In this document: positions 9,245-18,934 of the stretch, in pieces
How positions within the stretch are numbered: the first letter of the stretch is position 1
Layout: each line of letters begins with the position of its first letter
DNA from: an uncultured delta proteobacterium
Lineage (GTDB): Bacteria > Desulfobacterota > Syntrophia > Syntrophales > Fen-1087
Reading direction: 5' to 3'
Length of the DNA: 64,000 nucleotides
Assembly: GCA_963709485.1 (NCBI GenBank)
Contig: CAVPWE010000005.1
Coordinates: forward strand, 401,435-465,434
Notes under the pieces: generated by a model
Told to the model about the DNA's origin: nothing
The model's input: only the letters and a program-made list of their open reading frames with translations
Databases searched by the model: none
Position numbers and translations under genes: made by a program

Positions 9245-10192
9245 ATGACGACGCCGACGCCACCTCCCTTCGACGGACCATCCAACCGGATCTGCGCCGT
9301 CGTGATCACGTTTTTCCCCGACGCGGGCTTTCCGGAGCGGCTGGAGAAGATCGCCGCGCAGGTCTCCCGCGTGATCGTCGTGGATAACGGAACCACGGGA
9401 GCGGCCGCGTTGAATCTGGAGATGGCGCTGGGCGTCAGGGATACCGTAACCTGCATTCGCAACCGCGAGAACCTCGGTGTCGCCGCCGCCCTGAACCAGG
9501 GTGTCCGCGAGGCCCTGGCGGATAAAGGACGCTTTGTCTGGATCGCAACCTTCGATCAGGACAGCCTGCCGGCCCCGGACATGGCAGAGAAAATGCGGAA
9601 AGCATGGCAATCCCATCCCCACCCGGAGAATCTGATGGTTGCCGGTCCCCGCACCGTATTTGTGGGAAGCACGTGCAGGCCGTCTCCGGCGGCAGACCCG
9701 TCCTGGACGGAAGTGACCTATGTGATCACCTCAGGAAGCCTCTTTTCCACCCGGGCCTTTGAAGTGGCGGGATATTTCAAGGAGGGTCTCTTCGTCGACT
9801 ATGTCGATGTCGAATTCTGCCTCCGCTTGCGGACCCTCGGCTATCGGGTCATCGAGGTCCATTCAGCGGAGATTCTGCATCAGATGGGCAGGCTCGAGGA
9901 AAACGTGCTCATGGGAACGACGGTGCATCCCACGCACCACCCGCCCCTGCGGCGTTACTACCAGTTCCGAAACGCCCTCCTTCTGCACCGCCAATACCGT
10001 GAATCCCAGCGCCCCTGGAGCCGCAGGAACAGGATTACCCTGATCAAGATGCTGGTCCTGATCCTGATCTACGAGAAACAGCGCCTGCGAAGCCTGCTGC
10101 AGATCCTGCGGGGCATCGGACATGGCATGACCGGCCGGTCCGGCCGGAACGGCGAAGTGCGGTATCTTCAGGGTACGGCAGAAACATCCTGA
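9245..10192 (+). CDS. family-2 glycosyltransferase (rhamnosyltransferase-like subgroup)
   Basis: Motifs ICAVVITFFPD, VIVVDNGT, FDQD and FVDYVDVEFCLR. Confidence 0.8.
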   Translation: MTTPTPPPFDGPSNRICAVVITFFPDAGFPERLEKIAAQVSRVIVVDNGTTGAAALNLEMALGVRDTVTCIRNRENLGVAAALNQGVREALADKGRFVWIATFDQDSLPAPDMAEKMRKAWQSHPHPENLMVAGPRTVFVGSTCRPSPAADPSWTEVTYVITSGSLFSTRAFEVAGYFKEGLFVDYVDVEFCLRLRTLGYRVIEVHSAEILHQMGRLEENVLMGTTVHPTHHPPLRRYYQFRNALLLHRQYRESQRPWSRRNRITLIKMLVLILIYEKQRLRSLLQILRGIGHGMTGRSGRNGEVRYLQGTAETS

Positions 10193-10203
10193 TTCCTTTG
10201 TCA

Positions 10204-11190
10204 ATGTCTGAGCAGGTTCGCATCATTGTGGTCAACTGGAATGGCAGGGAATTCCTGGAGAAGTGCCTGCAGAGCCTCAGAGAGCAGACGTACCGGTCGT
10301 TCTCGGTTACCCTGGTCGATAATGGGTCCACCGATGATTCCCTGGCGTTCGTTGCCGGCCGTTTCCCCGAGGTGCGCCTGATCGCCCTGAAGGAAAACCG
10401 TGGTTTTGCCGCAGCCAACAATTGCGCCCTCGGCGATCTGACAACGCCTTATGCGGCGCTTCTGAATAACGATGCCGCGGCGGACCCCGGCTGGCTCAAG
10501 GCCCTTGTCGAGGCCATGGAGGAAACGGAAGCGGCCTGCTTTGCCGCCTCCAGAATGCTCTATTGCGAACGTCCGGAAGTGATCGACCGCTGCGGTGACG
10601 GTTACAGCAGGGCCGGCGCGGCGCTTCTTCGCGGCCGCGGGGAGCCGGCCGATCGCTGCAACAGCCGGGAATGGGTCTTCGGCGCCTGCGCCGGCGCGGC
10701 GCTCTACCGGACACAGATGCTGAAAGAGATCGGACTTTTCGATGAGGATTTTTTTCTTCTCTACGAAGACGTCGATTTGAGTTTCCGGGCACAATTGAGG
10801 GGCTACCAGTGTCTGTATGTGCCGGACGCGATTGTCTACCACAGGGGAAGCGCCAGCCTCGTGCACGACTCGCCCGTCTCGGTTTACTACGGCCACCGGA
10901 ATCTGGAATGGGTCTACATCCAGAACATGCCGGCACGGTTGATTGCCCGGACGATCTTTCCCCATATCCTTTACAACATTGCCGCCCTCGGCTATTTTAC
11001 CCTGCGGGGCCGGGGGGTGGATTATTTAAGGGCGAAGCGGGATGCCCTGAAGGGATTCAGGAAGGCTCTCAAAAAACGACGGCGGATTCAAAACGGAAGA
11101 ACGGCGGACGATGCATACATCTGGGGGCTGCTGGACCGGCCGGGTCTGCTGCAGCGCCTGAAGATCCGCAGGGGCAGGGAGCGGCCATGA
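10204..11190 (+). CDS. family-2 glycosyltransferase
   Basis: Start moved from TTG 10198 to ATG 10204. Motifs VRIIVVNWNG, VTLVDNGSTDDS, LLNNDA and FFLLYEDVDLSFR. Confidence 0.85.
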   Translation: MSEQVRIIVVNWNGREFLEKCLQSLREQTYRSFSVTLVDNGSTDDSLAFVAGRFPEVRLIALKENRGFAAANNCALGDLTTPYAALLNNDAAADPGWLKALVEAMEETEAACFAASRMLYCERPEVIDRCGDGYSRAGAALLRGRGEPADRCNSREWVFGACAGAALYRTQMLKEIGLFDEDFFLLYEDVDLSFRAQLRGYQCLYVPDAIVYHRGSASLVHDSPVSVYYGHRNLEWVYIQNMPARLIARTIFPHILYNIAALGYFTLRGRGVDYLRAKRDALKGFRKALKKRRRIQNGRTADDAYIWGLLDRPGLLQRLKIRRGRERP

Positions 11191-11221
11191 AAATATTTGT
11201 CAACGCCCGCCGGCAGGGAAA

Positions 11222-12037
11222 ATGGACCCTTCGATGAAAGAAGAGCAGGGGCAGGGGTTTTCGTTGCGCGACTGCACCGCATCGATGGTCGTTTACAAAA
11301 ACCCCGCGGCGGTCGTCCGCGACGCCGCCGCCAGTTTTCTGAACACGGACTGCTCCGTGACGCTCCATGTCGTCGACAATTCCCCGAAGGATGACCTGCG
11401 TTCCGCCTTTGACGGCCTTCCGGTTGCCTACCATTTCAGCGGCGAAAACATCGGGTACGGCAGGGCGCACAACCGGGCCATTTTCGGCGCGGAACCATCG
11501 AAATACCATCTGGTCCTCAATCCCGACATTCTGATTCCCGCGGGAACAATCCGGATTTTGATCCGCTTCATGGACAGTCATCCGAATGTCGGCATGGCGT
11601 GCCCGCGGGTGCTGAATGAGGACGGCACGGACCAGTACCTCAACAAGCGCTATCCCAGCGTCATGGACCTGTTTATCCGCCGCTTTGCGCCGCGCTCCCT
11701 TCATCCTTTGCTGAAGCGCCGTCTGGACCGCTACGAGATGAGGGACGTCGGGTACGATCAAATGTGCGACGTCGAGGTGATGTCCGGCGCGTTCATGCTG
11801 TGCCGTGCCGCCGAGCTGAAAAAAGTGGGCGGCTTCGATCCGCGTTTTTTCCTGTATTTCGAAGACTTCGACCTGAGCCGCAGATTCCAGCAGGAGGGTT
11901 ATCGGACCGTATACTGTCCGGAGGCTGCCGTCACGCATTACTGGACCAGAGGCGCTCACAAGCATATTCGAATGGCCGCGATATTCATGGTCAGCATGCA
12001 TCGTTATTTCAGCAAGTGGGGCTGGAAGTGGCTGTGA
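11222..12037 (+). CDS. family-2 glycosyltransferase
   Basis: Motifs MVVYKNP, LHVVDNSPKD, LNPD and FFLYFEDFDLSRR. Confidence 0.8.
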   Translation: MDPSMKEEQGQGFSLRDCTASMVVYKNPAAVVRDAAASFLNTDCSVTLHVVDNSPKDDLRSAFDGLPVAYHFSGENIGYGRAHNRAIFGAEPSKYHLVLNPDILIPAGTIRILIRFMDSHPNVGMACPRVLNEDGTDQYLNKRYPSVMDLFIRRFAPRSLHPLLKRRLDRYEMRDVGYDQMCDVEVMSGAFMLCRAAELKKVGGFDPRFFLYFEDFDLSRRFQQEGYRTVYCPEAAVTHYWTRGAHKHIRMAAIFMVSMHRYFSKWGWKWL

Positions 12038-13041
12038 CCGGGCGCCAGCCCCTTGCACTCGTCACGGGCGCCACCGGCGCTATCGGCCCCCCGGTTGTGG
12101 AAGCCTTCCGTGCTTCCGGTTTTTCGATTCGCACCCTGTCCCTCGACCCCCCGCCGGCAGGGCGCCGGCCCGAAGGCATGGATGCGCGCACCGGCGATGT
12201 GACCGACCCGGCCGCCGTGGCCGCCGCGATGCAGGATGTCGATGCGGTGATTCACATGGCCGCCCTGCTGCACATCGCGAATCCGCCGTCTTCTTTGCAG
12301 GAGCGCTACGACCGTATCAACGTGGGGGGGACGTCAACCGTCGCCGGGGCCGCCATGCAGGCGGGCGTCCGGCGCGTGGTGCTCTTCAGTACGATCGCCG
12401 TGTACGGTCCGTCCCACGGGCATGTCCTGACCGAAGACACGCCGCCCCGTCCCGACACCGTTTATGCCCGGACCAAGCTTGCAGCGGAGAGGATCGTGCT
12501 GGAGGCCAAGAGTGAAGATGGCCGCCGAATGGGTGTCGTCCTGCGTCTGGGCGCCGTGTACGGATCGCGGATCAAGGGAAATTACCAGCGATTGGTCCGG
12601 TCTCTGGCGAGAGGCCGCTTCATCCCCGTCGGTGACGGCTCCAACCGGCGCTCCCTGATTTATGACAAGGATGTCGGCCGTGCCGCGGTGCTGGCGGCAA
12701 CCCATGCGAACGCGGCCGGACGGATTTTCAACGTTACGGACGGACAGTTCCACAGCATGAAAACCATCATCGCGACCCTTTGCGACGCCCTCGGACGGAC
12801 CCCCCCGGGATTCGCGCTCCCCCTTTCGCCTGCGCTCCGGGCAACAGCAATGCTGGAAAAAACCTTGAAACGCATCCATCTCCCGACACCACTGACGGCG
12901 GACGCCCTTTCCAAGTATGCGGAAGACATGGCTGTGGACAGCCGGCGCATTCAGCAGGAGCTCGGTTTCATCCCGGGTTACGACCTGGCCGCCGGCTGGC
13001 GGGAGACCGTCCAGGAGATGCGGCGGGCAGGCGCCCTGTGA
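12028..13041 (+). CDS. NAD-dependent sugar epimerase/reductase (extended SDR)
   Basis: Start moved to GTG 12028 (alternative GTG 12034), overlapping the preceding stop at 12035-12037. The upstream part of track ORF 11764.. lies inside the GT2 gene. Rossmann motif ALVTGATGAIG and catalytic YARTK. Confidence 0.8.
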   Translation: MAVTGRQPLALVTGATGAIGPPVVEAFRASGFSIRTLSLDPPPAGRRPEGMDARTGDVTDPAAVAAAMQDVDAVIHMAALLHIANPPSSLQERYDRINVGGTSTVAGAAMQAGVRRVVLFSTIAVYGPSHGHVLTEDTPPRPDTVYARTKLAAERIVLEAKSEDGRRMGVVLRLGAVYGSRIKGNYQRLVRSLARGRFIPVGDGSNRRSLIYDKDVGRAAVLAATHANAAGRIFNVTDGQFHSMKTIIATLCDALGRTPPGFALPLSPALRATAMLEKTLKRIHLPTPLTADALSKYAEDMAVDSRRIQQELGFIPGYDLAAGWRETVQEMRRAGAL

Positions 13042-13604
13042 ACGCCAAACGCAATTTCGATTTCGTTGTGGCCGTCATTTTAGCCGCCATCCTTTCCATC
13101 CCGATGCTGCTCATCGCGCTGCTGGTAAAAACAAGTTCCAAAGGGCCCGTTTTGTACTGGTCCGACCGGGTGGGTCTGAAAAACGGGATATTCAGAATGC
13201 CCAAATTCCGGACCATGCGCGCCGATACCCCGGCCGTGGCAACCCATCTGTTAAAGAATCCCGATGAATACCTGACGCCTGTCGGATCTTTTCTGCGCAA
13301 ATTCAGCCTGGATGAGCTTCCCCAGCTCTGGAGCATCCTGAAAGGAGACATGAGTTTTGTCGGTCCGAGGCCGGCTTTATACAATCAGGACGACCTGATC
13401 CGGCTGAGGACGCTGCAGGGCGTGCATGAAATCCTTCCCGGCATCACCGGATGGGCGCAGGTCAACGGTCGCGACGACATCCCGATACCGAAAAAAGTCG
13501 AATATGATTCACACTATCTGGCAAAAAAGTCGTTCTGCTTTGACTTGAAAATATTGTATATGACGGTCGTGAAAGTCATCAAGGCGGAAGGGGTCCGGCA
13601 CTAA
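13038..13604 (+). CDS. small monotopic phosphoglycosyl transferase (bacterial sugar transferase, PglC/WreU-like)
   Basis: Start moved to GTG 13038 (GTGA overlap with the SDR stop). Motifs FDFVVAVILAAILSIPMLLIALLV, KGPVLYWSDRVG, PKFRTM and DELPQLWSILKGDMSFVGPRP. Confidence 0.9.
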   Translation: MNAKRNFDFVVAVILAAILSIPMLLIALLVKTSSKGPVLYWSDRVGLKNGIFRMPKFRTMRADTPAVATHLLKNPDEYLTPVGSFLRKFSLDELPQLWSILKGDMSFVGPRPALYNQDDLIRLRTLQGVHEILPGITGWAQVNGRDDIPIPKKVEYDSHYLAKKSFCFDLKILYMTVVKVIKAEGVRH

Positions 13605-13622
13605 CATGCGACCATTCGAAAC

Positions 13623-15524
13623 ATGCACCGGCAATTGAAGAATCCCAAGCTGTATCTGATGATATTATGCGATGCGGCGCTCTTCGCAGCGGCTTATTAC
13701 ATCGCCAATCTGCTCCGCTTCGATTTTGACATCGATCCGTATTTCATTCATCAGTTCCAAACGACCCTTGTCTGGATCATCCCCCTGAAGGTGGCCATCT
13801 TTTTCAGCCTCGGCCTCTACCACGGCATGTGGCGGTACACGAGCATCCGGGATTTCGGACATCTGTTTCAGGCAAGCATATTGTCGACGCTGCTGGTCAT
13901 GGCGGTCATCCTGTATATTTACAGATTTGAGGGCTATTCCCGCGCCGTTTTTCTGATGGACGGCGTGCTGACGTTTCTCCTGACCGGCGGATTGAGACTG
14001 ATCATCAGATACCACTACACGGGCGGCATGCAACTCAACGGCATCAATATCTTCCGCAGAAAAAACAGGGACTTGAATCCCATCCTGATCATCGGCGCCG
14101 GCGACGCAGGCGAGAAAACACTGCGAGAACTCAACGAAAACGAACAACTGGACTATCATGTGATCGGTTTTGTCGATGACGATCCTCAAAAGCAGGGAAG
14201 GTCCATTCACGGCATTCCCGTCATTGGAAAAATCGACCATCTTCCCTACCTCGCGAGCAAATGGGAGGTCCGGGAGGCGCTGATTGCAATTCCTTCGGCC
14301 AGCGGGGACCGGATGCGACGAATTTTGAAGATCTGCAAGGATTGCGGCATCGAATACAAGACCCTTCCCAGCATGGGAGAAATCATCGACGGCCGCGTCA
14401 GCATAAAAAAACTCAGAGACGTCAGCTATGAAGACCTGCTGGGCAGACCGCCCGTTCAACTGGACAGGCAGAGCATCAGCCATTATCTGGAAGGAAAGAC
14501 GATATTGATTACCGGGTGCGGCGGTTCCATCGGCTCTGAACTATGCCGTCAGGTCGTCCCTTATCAACCGCAGAATCTGATCCTGTTCGATGCGAGCGAG
14601 GAAAATCTCTTCAAAATCCAGATGGAACTGCGGCACGAACTGTATTTCAACCGCTGTCGGGCCATTCTGGGGCACATCCAGGACGCAGCGCTGATGGATC
14701 GCGTGTGCCGAACATATAAACCCCATGTGGTTTTTCATGCAGCCGCCTATAAGCACGTCCCGATGCTGGAGAAGAATCCCTGGGAGGCCGTTCTGAACAA
14801 TATCATGGGCAGCGCCGTCATCATCGAAATGGCCCGGAAGCACGCCATCGAATGTCTGGTTCTCGTCTCTACGGACAAGGCCGTGCGCCCCACGAATGTC
14901 ATGGGCGCGAGCAAGCGCATTACCGAGATCATGCTTCAGTCCTCTAAAAAAAACGGCGGACGCTTCATGGCGGTCCGCTTCGGTAACGTGGTCGGCTCAT
15001 CAGGCTCCGTGATTCCGATTTTTCGGCGGCAGATCGAGCAGGGCGGGCCCGTGACGGTGACGCACCCCGATGTGACCCGTTACTTCATGACCATTCCGGA
15101 AGCGGTGCAACTGATCATCCAGGCGGGCGCGATCGGCGAGGGGGGGGAAGTGTTCATTCTCGAGATGGGCACCCCCGTGAAGATCGCCGACATGGCAAGG
15201 GACCTGATCCGGCTTTCCGGAAAGGAGCCGGACAAGGACATTCAGATCGTTTACATCGGCCTTCGCGAAGGCGAGAAGCTCTATGAAGAGCTCATTACCG
15301 TGGGCGAAGGCATCGTTGCGACCCGGCACGAAAAAATCATGGTGCTGCGTCCCAACGGGCAGAATGACGCCGCGACCGGCGGAGCATCATCCCGGGAAGA
15401 GCTGAACGTCAAGCTGGAGGCCCTGTATGATGCGGCCAGACGGCAGGATGCGCGGGACATCAAAAGGAAGCTTCAGGAAATTGTTCCGGAATACAAGCCT
15501 CAGGAGGCGGAAAGCATTTTATAG
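13623..15524 (+). CDS. membrane-anchored CapD/PglF/WbpM-like nucleotide-sugar 4,6-dehydratase
   Basis: 633 aa with an N-terminal multi-TM region. Motifs ILITGCGGSIGSEL, VFHAAAYKHVP and STDKAVRPTNVMGASKR. Confidence 0.9.
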   Translation: MHRQLKNPKLYLMILCDAALFAAAYYIANLLRFDFDIDPYFIHQFQTTLVWIIPLKVAIFFSLGLYHGMWRYTSIRDFGHLFQASILSTLLVMAVILYIYRFEGYSRAVFLMDGVLTFLLTGGLRLIIRYHYTGGMQLNGINIFRRKNRDLNPILIIGAGDAGEKTLRELNENEQLDYHVIGFVDDDPQKQGRSIHGIPVIGKIDHLPYLASKWEVREALIAIPSASGDRMRRILKICKDCGIEYKTLPSMGEIIDGRVSIKKLRDVSYEDLLGRPPVQLDRQSISHYLEGKTILITGCGGSIGSELCRQVVPYQPQNLILFDASEENLFKIQMELRHELYFNRCRAILGHIQDAALMDRVCRTYKPHVVFHAAAYKHVPMLEKNPWEAVLNNIMGSAVIIEMARKHAIECLVLVSTDKAVRPTNVMGASKRITEIMLQSSKKNGGRFMAVRFGNVVGSSGSVIPIFRRQIEQGGPVTVTHPDVTRYFMTIPEAVQLIIQAGAIGEGGEVFILEMGTPVKIADMARDLIRLSGKEPDKDIQIVYIGLREGEKLYEELITVGEGIVATRHEKIMVLRPNGQNDAATGGASSREELNVKLEALYDAARRQDARDIKRKLQEIVPEYKPQEAESIL

Positions 15525-15542
15525 GGGAAAGGCGGGCATCCC

Positions 15543-16511
15543 ATGATTCTGATTGCCGGCGGGGCGGGCTACATCGGCTCGCACGCTAACAAGCTGTTCA
15601 ACCAGCGCGGGTATGACACGGTGGTCTTCGATAACCTGATCTACGGGCATCGGTCATTCGCAAAATGGGGAGCGTTCGTCCTGGGCGATCTTGCCGACCG
15701 GGACCAGGTCAGGCTCTGCTTTCGGCACTATCCGATCGAGGCGGTCATGCACTTCTCCGCGTATGCCTACGTGGGGGAGTCGGTCACCGACCCGGCGAAG
15801 TACTACCGCAACAATGTCGCCAACACCCTGAACCTTCTCGATGCCATGCGCGAATTCGACACACCCTGCATGATCTTTTCGTCCACCTGCTCCACATACG
15901 GCGTGCCGCAACGTGTCCCGCTGACGGAAGACCACCCCCAGTCGCCCGTGAACCCCTACGGATGGAGCAAGTTCATGATCGAGCAGATCCTCAGGGACTA
16001 CGAACGCGCCTACGGCATCCGGCATGTCAACCTGCGCTATTTCAATGCCGCGGGGGCCGACCCCGATGCCGAGGTGGGAGAGCGGCATGACCCGGAAACC
16101 CACCTGATCCCGCTGGTCCTCGATGCCGCTTGCGGCAGTAGGCCGGACGTGAAGATCTTCGGCACGGACTACGAAACCCCCGACGGGACATGCATACGCG
16201 ATTACATCCATGTCACCGATCTCGCCGATGCCCACATCCGGGCACTGGACTACCTGCGGAACGGCGGCCCCAGCGATTCATTCAACCTCGGAAACGGAAA
16301 CGGCTTCTCCGTGCGCGAGGTCATCCGTACGGCTGAAAAAATAACCGGGAGCGCCATTCGATGCGAAGAAACCGACCGGCGCGCCGGCGATCCGCCGGTC
16401 CTGATCGGCAGCGCATTGAAGGCCCGGAACACCCTCGGCTGGCGCCCCCAATTTGCCGAGCTCGCGGCGATTATCGAAACCGCCTGGCGCTGGCACGAAA
16501 AAAAGTCATGA
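15543..16511 (+). CDS. galE: UDP-glucose 4-epimerase
   Basis: MILIAGGAGYIGSH, YGWSKFMIEQ (YxxxK) and RYFNAAGADP; 322 aa. Confidence 0.9.
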   Translation: MILIAGGAGYIGSHANKLFNQRGYDTVVFDNLIYGHRSFAKWGAFVLGDLADRDQVRLCFRHYPIEAVMHFSAYAYVGESVTDPAKYYRNNVANTLNLLDAMREFDTPCMIFSSTCSTYGVPQRVPLTEDHPQSPVNPYGWSKFMIEQILRDYERAYGIRHVNLRYFNAAGADPDAEVGERHDPETHLIPLVLDAACGSRPDVKIFGTDYETPDGTCIRDYIHVTDLADAHIRALDYLRNGGPSDSFNLGNGNGFSVREVIRTAEKITGSAIRCEETDRRAGDPPVLIGSALKARNTLGWRPQFAELAAIIETAWRWHEKKS

Positions 16512-16676
16512 GAGCGATTTCGCCTCGTCAATCAGCATGATCGGAATGCCGTCCCGGATTTCATAGAGGAGCCGGCACCGGTCACAGATCAGACCGTCTT
16601 TTTTTTCATTCAGATAGATATCGCCCTTGCACTTGGGGCACGCCAGGATCTCAAGCAATTCCTCACTGATCGTCAT
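16506..16676 (-). CDS. Trm112/YcaR-family small zinc-ribbon-like protein
   Basis: Start moved to ATG 16676 (MTISEELLEILACPKCKGDIYLNEKKDGLICDRCRLLYEIRDGIPIMLIDEA). It is the last gene of the minus-strand envelope train. Its 3' end overlaps the galE stop convergently by 6 nt. Confidence 0.8.
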   Translation of the reverse strand: MTISEELLEILACPKCKGDIYLNEKKDGLICDRCRLLYEIRDGIPIMLIDEAKSLS

Positions 16677-16762
16677 CTCCAGCCCTCCCGCCCTTTCCCT
16701 GCAATTCTTCCCATACCCCACCCCTCTGTTCCAGATACTGTTCTTTCCGCCCGTTCGCCACA

Positions 16763-18934
16763 CTACCCCTGCGACTTGATAAGGCGCTCGAGACCGTCCT
16801 GAAGAGAAACGGACGGTGAAAATTCAAGGAATTCCCGGGCCAGGTCATTCTCCGCCCAGGAATGGCGGATATCCCCCTGCCGCGCTTCGGAAAAACGAGG
16901 AGCCAGATCGCTGCCGAGGATGGCCTTCACGGCGTCGAGCAGTTCGAGCAGCGTGACGGCGCGGTGGCTGGCCACATTGAAAACCCGGCCCACGGCAGCT
17001 TTGGGTGCAACGCAAGCCCTGAGATTGGCCTGAACCACATCGCCGACAAAGACAAAATCCCGCGACTGCCGTCCATCGCCATAAATCACGGGCCGGCGTC
17101 CATGACGGATGGCATCGATGAATTTCGGAATCACGGCTGCGTACTCCGACCGGTGGTCCTGCCGGGGTCCAAAAACGTTGAAGTAGCGCAGGCAGACGGT
17201 TTCGAGACCGTAAAGGCGATAAAAGATCCTGCAGTAATTTTCGCCGATCAGTTTGCTGACGGCATAGGGCGTCATGGGGGCGGCCGGCATATCCTCGCGG
17301 CGGGCCCTTGAAGGCGAACCGGCATCGGGGGCGTCTTCCTGATCCCCGTCTCCGTAAACGGCGGATGAGGAGGCCAGGACAAAGCGCCTGACCCGACTGT
17401 CCCGGGCGGCGATGAGCATATTCAGGGTGCCGGTGACATTGACGGCATTGCACTGCAGGGGCTCAAGAACGGACCGGGATACGGAAACCATCGCGGCGTG
17501 ATGGAGGACGTAATCAACCCCCCGGGCAGCCCTTACGCAGGCATCCGGATCGCCGATGTCGCCCTCGACGATCTCCACCGGATCACCCGACTTTCTTTTG
17601 GCCAACGAGCGAAAGCCGGCAAGATTTCCCCGCTTGCCCGTGGAGAAATTGTCGAGAATGCGGACCTTTTCTCCTTTCTGCACGAGCATCTCGGCAATAT
17701 TGGAACCGATGAACCCGGCCCCTCCGGTAATCAAATAATTCATCCTCCACCCCCTCCGATCCCGACATGCTTCCGTTTCATGCTGCATCCCGTCACAAGG
17801 TTTGATCGACCTTTGAAAAATGGAACACTCGCGGCGAGACCGCTTTTCATAGATCCTCCCGCACCGATCGATCCCATCCCTTGCGGATCCGGGTTCATCC
17901 CGTTCCGGTTTCCGCCAGCTTCCCCGGACTGTTTCATAGACTTCATCCACCGTAATTTGCCGCATGCAGAGCTTCGTGTCGCAGGTCCTGGCAAAACAGG
18001 GGCTGCAGGGCATCTCCCTGCGCAGGACGACATGGCCATCCCCGTAAGGACCCGTCCTTTTGGGGTCCGTGGGGCCGAAAAGGGCGACAACGGGGGTTTT
18101 CATCGCCGCTGCCAGGTGCATGGGTCCGGAATCCGTCGTGATCAGGAGCGCCGCATCCCGGTAGACGCAGGCCAGATCCCGAAGGGTCGTCCGGCCCGCC
18201 AGACTGACGGAAGGGGCGGTCATGAGCGCCCGGATCCGCGCGACGGCCTCCGCATCACTGCCCGTAAAGACAACCGGCCTGTTCAACCCGAGAGCGATCC
18301 GCTCGCACAACCGGGCAAAATTCTCATCCGCCCAGAGCTTCGTCTCCCAAAGCGCCTGGGGGCTGACGGCGACAAAAGCGCCTTTTGCGGCGATCCCGGC
18401 CTCGCTCAAAAGGCCTTCGGCGCGGGTCCGGTTTGCCTCGTCAACGGGGATGAGGAAATCCGCCGCGCCCGCGTCCACGCCCAGATAACGGACAAAATCG
18501 AGGTAGCGGTCCACGGCATGCCTGCTCATATCTTCCGGGATTTTCTCGTTGTAAAAAAGGCCACTCAGCTCCTGCATGCTGTCGTAACCCAGCTTCCTTC
18601 TGCCGCCGCTGAGAAATACGATGGCGGCGCTTTTGAACAGGCCATGAAAATCGATGACCAGATCATACCGGCGTTCTCTCAGCTCCCTGATAAATTGCCG
18701 CATTTCTTGCCAGGCGCCGCCGCTCCGGCGGTTCCGGAGATTGCCGATCCAGCGTTTCCGTCGCGAGATGATCACCCGGTCCAGGTCGGGATGCCCCTGG
18801 ATCAGGTCCGACGCGGCCTCCTCGATGACCCAGGTGATATGGGCATCGGGATCGTGTCTTCTCAGCGCGGACAGGGCCGGCAGCGTATGGATGACATCAC
18901 CGATGGCGCTCAGTTTGACGATCAGAATATTCAT
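16763..18934 (-). CDS. single ORF joining a GT9 (heptosyltransferase-family) domain to an extended-SDR NAD-dependent sugar epimerase (WbpP/TviC-like); possibly two genes
   Basis: GT9 part 17921..18934: MNILIVKLSAIGDVIHTLPAL, TTDSGPMHLAAAMKTPVVALFGPTDP. A 59-codon Arg/Cys-rich linker (17744..17920) contains no stop. SDR part 16763..17743: MNYLITGGAGFIGSN, PYAVSK, GDGRQSRDFVFVGDVV, DIRHSWA. It has its own GGAGGGGGTGGAGG-ATG start context at 17743. The start at 18934 forms an ATGA overlap with the gmhB stop. Confidence 0.75.
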   Translation of the reverse strand: MNILIVKLSAIGDVIHTLPALSALRRHDPDAHITWVIEEAASDLIQGHPDLDRVIISRRKRWIGNLRNRRSGGAWQEMRQFIRELRERRYDLVIDFHGLFKSAAIVFLSGGRRKLGYDSMQELSGLFYNEKIPEDMSRHAVDRYLDFVRYLGVDAGAADFLIPVDEANRTRAEGLLSEAGIAAKGAFVAVSPQALWETKLWADENFARLCERIALGLNRPVVFTGSDAEAVARIRALMTAPSVSLAGRTTLRDLACVYRDAALLITTDSGPMHLAAAMKTPVVALFGPTDPKRTGPYGDGHVVLRREMPCSPCFARTCDTKLCMRQITVDEVYETVRGSWRKPERDEPGSARDGIDRCGRIYEKRSRRECSIFQRSIKPCDGMQHETEACRDRRGWRMNYLITGGAGFIGSNIAEMLVQKGEKVRILDNFSTGKRGNLAGFRSLAKRKSGDPVEIVEGDIGDPDACVRAARGVDYVLHHAAMVSVSRSVLEPLQCNAVNVTGTLNMLIAARDSRVRRFVLASSSAVYGDGDQEDAPDAGSPSRARREDMPAAPMTPYAVSKLIGENYCRIFYRLYGLETVCLRYFNVFGPRQDHRSEYAAVIPKFIDAIRHGRRPVIYGDGRQSRDFVFVGDVVQANLRACVAPKAAVGRVFNVASHRAVTLLELLDAVKAILGSDLAPRFSEARQGDIRHSWAENDLAREFLEFSPSVSLQDGLERLIKSQG

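Noticed and set aside
16506-16511. 6-nt convergent overlap of the galE 3' end and the trm112-like 3' end.
   Set aside because: A small convergent stop-region overlap is common in compact genomes, and no associated structure or signal was seen.
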